Shown here: positions 1-8,176 of the stretch, in pieces | Layout: every line of letters starts with the position of its first letter | Numbering within the stretch: position 1 is the first letter of the stretch | From: Neoechinorhynchus agilis | Taxonomy: Eukaryota; Animalia; Acanthocephala | Length of the DNA stretch: 11,253 nucleotides | Direction of reading: 5' to 3' | Assembly (NCBI GenBank): GCA_051530055.1 | Contig: JBMGUZ010000079.1 | Coordinates: forward strand, 1-11,253 | Made by a program: the position numbers and the translations under genes | Notes under the pieces: generated by a model | What the model saw: only the letters and a program-made list of their open reading frames with translations | Databases searched by the model: none | What the model was told of the DNA's origin: nothing

Positions 1-569
1 TCGCTATCCTCGGCACAGCTCCCCGAACTCATAGACCCTCTTACCCTAATTATAAATCACAGCTTTCTATATGGCATCTATTCCTCATAACAGAAACCCT
101 TCCACCTCTCCCTCTCCTTAACATCTAACGAAATCATCAACTTCAAAGATTTCTACACCAATCACAAATTCTACCTGAATTATTCTAAATGTTTCGAAAT
201 AATCCCCTCATTCACCCGATCTTTCAAATGACATCCAACGAATTGCCTTCTCATAATTCTGGGTCTCCAATTCCTCAAACGCAATACCTTTAAAATCGAC
301 CTCTTCAAATACCTCGGACATTTAGGAATCCCTTCGCTCGATCTCTCTAAATTTTACTCAAGCTTTACTTTATCATCGTCTTTTGCGACCTTTCCCAATC
401 ACAAATCCTTTGCATTGAAAAGTTTCACGGAGAAGAGCCTCTAAAGTTTGCACGTTTGATTTTTCTACCTCTCTTCGAATACTTTTATAAGATTTTCAAC
501 GAACAATCAAAACGCTTTTCAACTCTACCACCACAATTTTTACCGTCTTCCTCTATTTAAGCTCCTTTT
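1..569 (+). mobile_element. Highly degenerate, internally deleted non-LTR (LINE; CR1/L2/Jockey-like) reverse transcriptase remnant
   Basis: Frame 1 reads DPLTLIINHSFLYGIY (like the RT 'PL..I.N.S...G..P' motif), then FYTNHKFYLNYSKCFEII (like 'W...N.L.LN..KC') and FKYLG (304-318). Frame 3 at 351-557 reads ILLKLYFIIV...QILCIEKF...FYKIFN (like 'LL.LY...V / I..LE.VQ / YKI.N'). The + strand is C/T-rich and G-poor. There are several stops and no YADD core. Confidence 0.45.
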
Positions 570-3004
570 TCCATACTGCACAATCTTCTTGGGTATCATA
601 ACTTGAAATGAACCTGAGGAGACCCAACCTCACAAACTCTCAACGTTCCCTTACACGACGGGACCCGTAATCCACTTCGAAAAAACCCGTATTCGTTGTT
701 CAATAATTCGACATAACGTGTGGACGAATTTATATGCTTTACCGAATATTTTGATTAAAAGTAATATTGATTCCCTGTGATTGGATCCATACTGCCCAAT
801 CTTCTTGGATATCATAACTTGAAATGAACCTGAGGAGAGACCCAACCTCACACTCTCCTAGAAACAATAACCACCAACGTTCCCTTACTCGACGGGACCC
901 GTAATCCACTTCGAAAAAACCCGTATTCTTTGTTCAATAATTCGACATAACGTGAGGACGAATTTATATGCTTTACCGAATATTTTGATTAAAAGTAATA
1001 TTGATTCCCTGTGATTGGATCCATACTGCCCAATCTTCTTGGATATCATAACTTGAAATGAACCTGAGGAGAGACCCAACCTCACACTCTCCTAGAAACA
1101 ATAACCACCAACGTTCCCTTACACGACGGGACCCGTAATCCACTTCGAAAAAACCCGTATTCTTTGTTCAATAATTCGACATAACGTGTACGAATTTATA
1201 TGCTTTACCGAATATTTTGATTAAAAGTAATATTGATTCCCTGTGATTGGATCCATACTGCCCAATCTTCTTGGATATCATAACTTGAAATGAACCTGAG
1301 GAGAGACCCAACCTCACACTCTCCTAGAAACAATAACCACCAACGTTCCCTTACACGACGGGACCCGTAATCCACTTCGAAAAAACCCGTATTCTTTGTT
1401 CAATAATTCGACATAACGTGAGGACGAATTTATATGCTTTACCGAATATTTTGATTAAAAGTAATATTGATTCCCTGTGATTGGATCCATACTGCCCAAT
1501 CTTCTTGGATATCATAACTTGAAATGAACCTGAGGAGAGACCCAACCTCACACTCTCCTAGAAACAATAACCACCAACGTTCCCTTACACGACCGGACCC
1601 GTAATCCACTTCGAAAAAACCCGTATTCTTTGTTCAATAATTCGACATAACGTGAGGACGAATTTATAAGCTTTACCGAATATTTTGATTAAAAGTAATA
1701 TTGATTCCCTGTGATTGGATCCATACTGCCCAATCTTCTTGGATATCATAACTTGAAATGAACCTGAGGAGAGACCCAACCTCACACTCTCCTAGAAACA
1801 ATAACCACCAACGTTCCCTTACACGACGGGACCCGTAATCCACTTCGAAAAAACCCGTATTCTTTGTTCAATAATTCGACATAACGTGAGGACGAATTTA
1901 TATGCTTTACCGAATATTTTGATTAAAAGTAATATTGATTCCCTGTGATTGGATCCATACTGCCCAATCTTCTTGGATATCATAACTTGAAATGAACCTG
2001 AGGAGAGACCCAACCTCACACTCTCCTAGAAACAATAACCACCAACGTTCCCTTACACGACGGGACCCGTAATCCACTTCGAAAAAACCCGTATTCTTTG
2101 TTCAATAATTCGACATAACGTGAGGACGAATTTATATGCTTTACCGAATATTTTGATTAAAAGTAATATTGATTCCCTGTGATTGGATCCATACTGCCCA
2201 ATCTTCTTGGATATCATAACTTGAAATGAACCTGAGGAGAGACCCAACCTCACACTCTCCTAGAAACAATAACCACCAACGTTCCCTTACACGACGGGAC
2301 CCGTAATCCACTTCGAAAAAACCCGTATTCTTTGTTCAATAATTCGACATAACGTGAGGACGAATTTATAAGCTTTACCGAATATTTTGATTAAAAGTAA
2401 TATTGATTCCCTGTGATTGGATCCATACTGCCCAATCTTCTTGGATATCATAACTTGAAATGAACCTGAGGAGAGACCCAACCTCACACTCTCCTAGAAA
2501 CAATAACCACCAACGTTCCCTTACACGACGGGACCCGTAATCCACTTCGAAAAAACCCGTATTCTTTGTTCAATAATTCGACATAACGTGAGGACGAATT
2601 TATAAGCTTTACCGAATATTTTGATTAAAAGTAATATTGATTCCCTGTGATTGGATCCATACTGCCCAATCTTCTTGGATATCATAACTTGAAATGAACC
2701 TGAGGAGAGACCCAACCTCACACTCTCCTAGAAACAATAACCACCAACGTTCCCTTACACGACGGGACCCGTAATCCACTTCGAAAAAACCCGTATTCTT
2801 TGTTCAATAATTCGACATAACGTGAGGACGAATTTATAAGCTTTACCGAATATTTTGATTAAAAGTAATATTGATTCCCTGTGATTGGATCCATACTGCC
2901 CAATCTTCTTGGATATCATAACTTGAAATGAACCTGAGGAGAGACCCAACCTCACAAACTCTCAACGTTCCCTTACACGACCGGACCCGTAATCCACTTC
3001 GAAA
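570..3004. repeat. Tandem array of a 234-bp unit, about 10.4 copies, units nearly identical
   Basis: The marker TTACACGAC (or a variant) recurs at 651, 885, 1119, 1351, 1585, 1819, 2053, 2287, 2521, 2755 and 2973. The period is 234 except for one 232 (2-bp deletion) and the last 218 (16-bp shorter junction). There are partial units at 570-650 and 2973-3004. Each full unit has one GGATCC and one GATATC. Confidence 0.99.
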
Positions 3005-3832
3005 TAAATAGTCACATTAATTTTTCCTTTCAGAGCTCCAGTGTTCAATATGACCCAACGATACATGGGTTCTATTCTTTGTGAAGTTTTAATAAAACAT
3101 TTTTTTCATTATCAACTCAATTTTTGCTAGGTAATGTTCATTCTGTTGGGAGATTGAATTATAGGTGTTTTATACGGTGGAAATTTGAAGTAATTTATTA
3201 GGTCCGATATTTCGGCACAATTATGTGTTCCCCATAGAAAATGAACCTTCTTGGATCGTTGCTTTAGTTTCGCATCAATGCAGCCAATCACTCATCACGA
3301 AGAGGCGACTTTATCAGGTTGTCCAGCCATATTTCTTCTCCACAAAACACCAACCAACCAAAAATAACCTTGGCTCGATTTCGCGTTACGAAATTGTAGA
3401 TAGCATTCGATTCGTTCCTTAAGAATTCATTTGTGTCTCTAACTTCTCAAAACGGTTTTCCTTAAATCCCGAATTTATTGTTTAATGTAGAATTTCCAAT
3501 GAAGTCCTCCCTACCAGAAATCTCAAGTAAACGTCGAAAAAAGCTTTAAAATTCTTTTCCATTTCTTGTCTTCTAAGATATCCATGTATAATCCGTCTTG
3601 AACCAAATCCTAACGAAGCATTTGGCAAAGACTCCATATTAGATCATATTTCTTAAAGTTTAACCCTTTCTGAAAAAGTTATATTTGAACGACATAATTT
3701 TAAGTATCGATTGAAGGCTACATGGATTTTGTTTCAAATTTGAAATTATGTGTTCTTTGTTGATAAGAAAAATAGACAGTAGCGTTAATCACTGCTTCAT
3801 TTTCCAGGCGCATGTTTCAATTTTAATTTAAC

Positions 3833-4713
3833 TTGACATTTGTACGATCTGCCATTTTAAGCTCATCACCGAAGGATTCGGTCTTGGAAACAGGATTATC
3901 TCAATGGCAGTCGTCTTGGGACATTCCTCTTGTTCAGAAGATTCACAACTCTTTCAAAGATCTTCTGCGTAAGGTGTCTCAGGTCCGGCTGGTAGCTTGT
4001 TCCACGAAGGAGTCGGGAGCGTGGCTGAATGCTCTCCCTGTAGGGAAACTTGGAACTCTCCTTGCTGACTCGGCCGTCAGGATCGCAGTATCCTTGAGAT
4101 TAGGCCTTGCCGCTGCGGCACTATAGTGGACTCTTCGGGGAGACACGGTCTCATATGCAAGACGTCAGCGGGACGATTTCCAAGGCATGCTAAAATCAAT
4201 GCCATTCTGAGTAGGACCCTAAAAACGCTTTTCCTCCCAAACAATCTAGAACGAACTAATCTTTGTAGATTATATGGAAGACGCCCTGATGGCGTGACCG
4301 TCTTTTCTTGGCGGGAGGGAAAATGTTTGTTGTGGGATGCAATGTGTGTGGACACGTTGGCAAACTCCAACATCAGCCACTCGGAAAAAGGTCCAGGAGG
4401 AGCGGCGACGGCGGCAGAGGAGCGGAAATGCTCGAAATACAGAGCACTAATCCGAAACTACCATTTTGTCCCCTTCCGTGTGGAAACGTACCTTGGTAGG
4501 GTCGGCACTAGCCCTCTTGGAGGACTTGGGGAAACGAATCAACGCGGCGACCTGAGAGCCAAGATCGACTTCGTTCCTAGCCCAAAAAATAAGCAGTGCG
4601 GTGCAGCGGGGCACCACCATTTTGGCCAGCGCCGTTGAATGGGAGCGTTGATCATCCGAATTGGAAGTATAAAGGTTCAAGATTGTAAAATGAATCCGTG
4701 TACTCAAAAAAAA
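3833..4713 (+). mobile_element. 5'-truncated, decayed CRE-clade-like non-LTR retrotransposon fragment (zinc knuckle plus restriction-like endonuclease), copy A
   Basis: Reads SWD...RLVA..KESGAWLNALP..LG....VRIAVSLRLG, then D..GRHGLIC..SAGRFPRHA.IN, RPDG (4282-4293), W.EGK.LLWD..CVDTLA.SN, AEERKCSKY and FVPF.VET. After a frameshift near 4490 it reads FLAQKISSAVQRG. A deletion and frameshift fall near 4110, and there is an in-frame TGA at 4553-4555. A8 at 4706-4713. The 5' boundary is approximate. Confidence 0.85.
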
Positions 4714-5526
4714 TGGAGCTCACAGCTCTCTACTTTCCGGTTCTCGCGATGGGGTCGTCCGAGCTAGACTGTTGGCAGTTTCAACACGAGAATCTGGGGC
4801 ATGGTTGGAGGCTGTTCCTCTGGCATCAGTGGGAACTCTTCTTACTGATGAGGTAACGAGGATCGCAGTATCCTTAAGACTTGGTCTCCCGATATGCACG
4901 CTCCATCGCTCTCGATGTGGGTCTTTGGTTGATGCTCTCGGGCGACACGGTCTCGTCTGCAGAAGGTCAGCAGGAAGGTTCTCACGCCATTCTGAAATCA
5001 ATAACGCAATTTCTCGGGCGTTGAGAACGGCGAACTTCCCGAACATCCTGGAACCCGCCCACCTCTGTAGACTAGACGGCCGTAGGCCCGATGGAATTTC
5101 GGTCTTCCCGTGGCGGGAGGGCAAATACCTTCTCTGGGACGCCACGTGTGTGGATACCCTCGCAGCCAGCAACATCCCCTACTCCCTCCAAATCGCCGGT
5201 GGTTCCGCCAGTGCAGCGGAAGGGAGGAAAATACGGAAATATCTTCACTTATCGAGGGCTCACTATTTTGTCCCCTTTGGGATAGAGACGTATGGAGCGC
5301 TCGGCAGCTCGGCACTCTCTCTGCTCCAGGATTTCTCGAAGAAATTGAGAGAGGCAACCGGAGACTCAAGAGCAGGCTTATTCCTTCGACAAAATATCTC
5401 GCTGGCAGTACAACGGGGCAATGCTGCCAGCGTGATGGCGACGGTCGAGGAAGGACAAAAGCTGGAATTTGGCGGGAGGTGTGTTAATTGTCGAGAAATG
5501 AAGATTGATTGGTTGTCGAAAAAAAA
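4714..5526 (+). mobile_element. 5'-truncated CRE-clade-like non-LTR retrotransposon fragment (zinc knuckle plus RLE), copy B, uninterrupted frame
   Basis: ORF 4772-5551 reads ARLLAVSTRESGAWL, RIAVSLRLG, CGSLVDALGRHGLVC, GRFSRHSEIN, EPAHL, RPDG (5084-5095), PWREGKYLLWDATCVDTLA, AEGRKIRKY, FVPFGIETYG, FLRQNISLAVQRGNAASV. This matches the C-terminal CCHC plus PD-(D/E)xK region of CRE-type elements as I recall it. A8 at 5519-5526. Confidence 0.9.
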
Positions 5527-5784
5527 TGTAATCGTTTATTTATTTGCCTAGCTTTCGCCGTATTATGGCTTCGAACGGGCAATCTGAAATGTTTGGTGGG
5601 AAGACACAAACATGTCACAATTGCAGCATCGACTCCTAAAGTAGAGATTGATTAATTCTTAATATTTCGTCTGATAGCAAAAGAATTTGAAATTTTAATT
5701 CTGAAATTCTTCCAGCTTGAGTGTGTTTCTTCCGTGTATATAAGTTTTCGAACCAAACGAGAGCCATCGTCCACGAAACAGAAA

Positions 5785-8043
5785 ATGTCTTTGGAAAAGA
5801 AGGAAGCTGGGTTTCTGGCGGATATCACTTCGAAGCTCAAAGACGGTAGCAAGATTCTAGTGCTTTTGCGTGGTTGTACTGGAAGTGGAAAATGGACACT
5901 GGCACGGTATTTGATTTCCGTTGAACACTTACATGCATTTATCTCCAAGTTTTATTCGAAGGAAATTGCGGAACGTCGTCAGTGACACTTGTGTTGGCGT
6001 CAGTGTTCAATGGTGTTCGGGCGAATCATTAGACGATTTCAAGGAAGCAGTGAGTTACATGAGTGAACTCACGGATTTGCTTATAATCATCAGAAGAAAT
6101 TTGACGATGGGTGAAATGATACCGTACGCTCTTGAGGTATAAAGGCCGTTTGTCACTTCCTTTTTGTGTGTGTGAACCGCTGCTATATCCCCCGGCCTCC
6201 CCGGCGCCGCCGCCTCCTCCTCCTTATTTTAGGCGATGGTTCGAAAATACAAAATATTGGTGGTCGAACCGTTTACGGATTGGCGATATGATAAGTATCA
6301 ATTGGCTACAAAAGCACGAATCGCGACATCCATGTCAGAACTTGAATTGAAGAAGTTTGTTTGTGACGTGACAGAGATGGATTTGATTTCACAGGCCGTT
6401 CAATGCGTTTGGCAGAGTCAAGAAGTACCTAAGAATCAACAAGATCGGCATGGGCAAAAGGAAAACATTAATTCGAGCTTTGAAAATCCCCATGAACCCG
6501 ATAATTTTAATTGTCTATCAACAACAACAAGTGAAAGTAAGAGGGTAAAAGCGAAATTAAAGTCTCATTGTTTCATAATAGAGTCCAGGACTTGTCTAGA
6601 GGCTTTAATAAAAAACAGTGAGTTGATAAAAACGAACGATGAGACTAGGGAGTGTGTTGATGAAAAAAAGGTAAGAACCATTGGAAGTTGCACGCCGGAG
6701 AAGCAATGCTCGGATTCGTATTTGTCAGGGCATTTAAGGTCGTCCATTCCAGCACAATCGAGCCAAATCGACCTGTTTGATCCGAACAACATATTTGAAT
6801 TGACTTTTCCATGTGAGCTAGTTCATCGATTGGTATCGAAATTTGGCCTTCCGTCAAATTGTAAACTTCCAAGCTCTGAAATTACTCTTCGCTTAGGCCA
6901 GCGGTTTCCAATTATATTTGCTTTTGGGTTAGAGTTTCATGTGAATTGTTGATTTAATAAGGAAAAACGTACAGAATGTCCACGATAATCCCGAAATTTG
7001 AACAGAATTCGTAAGTCGTCTAGAATTGGTGGCGGATTTTCCTTGTTTGCCCGCTCTACACTACTGATTGGAAATTGTTGGCGGAGACATTGACGAAGCG
7101 GATAAGCTCCACACATTAATAATCGAGGAATTGAGATTAAAGCGAGTTCCTGACGTACAGAGTAAATTAGACGGTATTAGCTACAGCGCGGCTGTTAAGT
7201 TAGGCAACCTTTTCCATGAGTTTAATGGTAAATTGAGCCGTAACACAGTGGAAGCCATTTTTCGTCGAACTGAGTTCAATGAAGCAAAAACGAGAATACT
7301 ACTGCAACGGAGATTGCAAGTTAATGGCAAAGAGAAGGTCGTTGAGGTGAGTGTGATCTTCTTTTTTTTACCGAAATCGAATTGCTTTCATTGTCATTCA
7401 GAGAGCCGATGACCATTTTGAAGATGAAGTTAAATCAATTTTACCGGTTTCTACAAAAACATCAGAGGAGTCTCTAAAATTAAAGAATGAATATTTGAAA
7501 AGGGCTACAATTGCTTATATTAACAATCAAGGACCCATCGCTGCTTTTTACGCTTCAGTGGTATGAAAGCTGTACGTTTTTTCTACCTAATTTTTGACCA
7601 GGCTCGAGAACACGATGAAGATATGAAATCACGTCAAGCAGTCGAAGAACATGCGATTGTTCAATGTTATATTAGAAAAGCGAGCGAATCGAATAATATT
7701 GATTTGCACAATGTCAAATTGTGCTTGGCACGGAAAATAATGAGCGAAGTGCTTGCTGACCGAAAAAAGAAGCTTATGTTATATGCCGATATCTCTAATA
7801 AGATTCACATAATCACAGGGGTTGGAAATCATTCAAATGGACATGTCGGTCTCATTAGAAAGGCTACACTCAGTTATCTTCATAAAGAACGAATGACGTT
7901 AGTTTATCTTCAGTCGTCTTATAACCTGATTTTTCCATAGGTACACGGAGAGACCAATGGGGAAATTTACAGTCAGATTCCCGTTGGGAAGAAAAACAAA
8001 CGGTTTGCAGAAAGCATCAAGTAATGCAGAATGCAACCCTTAG
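5785..8043 (+). CDS. N4BP2: NEDD4-binding protein 2 / NONU-1-like protein (AAA_33 P-loop kinase-like, CUE, DUF1771, Smr nuclease); spliced; middle exons unresolved
   Basis: Inferred exons: 5785-5906, 5962-6136, 6233 to about 6903, unresolved 6904-7086, then to 7346, 7402-7560, 7602-7897 and 7941-8043 (TAG). All resolved GT-AG junctions keep phase. Motifs: ILVLLRGCTGSGKWTLAR; EMIPYALEAMVRKYKILVVEPFTDW; LVHRLVSKFG; AVKLGNLFHEF...VEAIF (CUE-like); EYLKRATIAY...AAFYASVAREH (DUF1771-like); IDLHN and ITGVGNHS (Smr); YTERPMGKFTVRF. The start may lie further upstream (in-frame acceptor at 5715). Confidence 0.8.
5907..5961 (+). other. Intron 1 of the N4BP2-like gene (55 nt, phase 2)
   Basis: CG|GTATTT...TTCGAAG|G joins ORF 5734-5985 to ORF 5921-6142, giving TLAR-KLRN. 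Confidence 0.75.
6137..6232 (+). other. Intron 2 of the N4BP2-like gene (96 nt, phase 0)
   Basis: GAG|GTATAA...TATTTTAG|GCG restores PYALE-AMVRKY, matching the family motif 'EM.PY...A....Y'. Confidence 0.8.
7347..7401 (+). other. Intron of the N4BP2-like gene (55 nt, phase 0)
   Basis: GAG|GTGAGT...T-rich tract...TTCAG|AGA opens the frame that encodes the DUF1771-like segment. Confidence 0.8.
7561..7601 (+). other. Intron of the N4BP2-like gene (41 nt, phase 0)
   Basis: GTG|GTATGA...CCTAAT (branch-like)...CCAG|GCT joins AAFYASV to AREH. Confidence 0.8.
7898..7940 (+). other. Intron of the N4BP2-like gene (43 nt, phase 2)
   Basis: AC|GTTAGT...CCTGAT (branch-like)...CCATAG|G completes the Smr C-terminus TYTERPMGKFTVRF. 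Confidence 0.8.
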
Positions 8044-8155
8044 TCTTGCACTAGATTTTACACAAGAAAAAATGTTTGTCCCTGTGGTAGAATTTTTATT
8101 CAACTAGAAGCGGATACATCCAGCATTTTCTTTCTAAAAATTGCTGGATGCAAGG

Positions 8156-8176
8156 GTTGTTGTTGTTGTTGTTGTT
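8156..8176. repeat. (GTT)7 microsatellite
   Basis: Seven perfect GTT units read directly from the sequence. Confidence 0.95.

Noticed and set aside
651-2955. Nine copies of a 66-aa minus-strand ORF as real genes
   Set aside because: GTG start in a eukaryotic context, no recognisable motif, broken in unit 3, and fully explained by the tandem repeat.
570-3004. CRISPR array
   Set aside because: There are no unique spacers (whole 234-bp units repeat), no cas genes, and the context is eukaryotic.
570-3004. Spliced-leader RNA or snRNA gene array (suggested by CRE elements targeting SL arrays in trypanosomatids)
   Set aside because: Only weak look-alikes (minus-strand CG|GTAAAG, AATTATTGA, a T6 run). 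There is no recognisable leader ending in AG or ATG, and the CRE fragments are about 830 bp away rather than inside units.
5737-5743. TATATAA as a TATA box for the N4BP2-like gene
   Set aside because: Common in AT-rich DNA, and it may lie within a coding exon because an in-frame acceptor exists at 5715. The start site is unknown.
4077-5948. Overlapping ORFs 4077-4373, 4308-4499, 4447-4707, 4720-5175, 4998-5369, 5091-5285, 5110-5487 and 5652-5948
   Set aside because: Antisense or alternative-frame shadows of the CRE and N4BP2-like frames, with no independent motifs.
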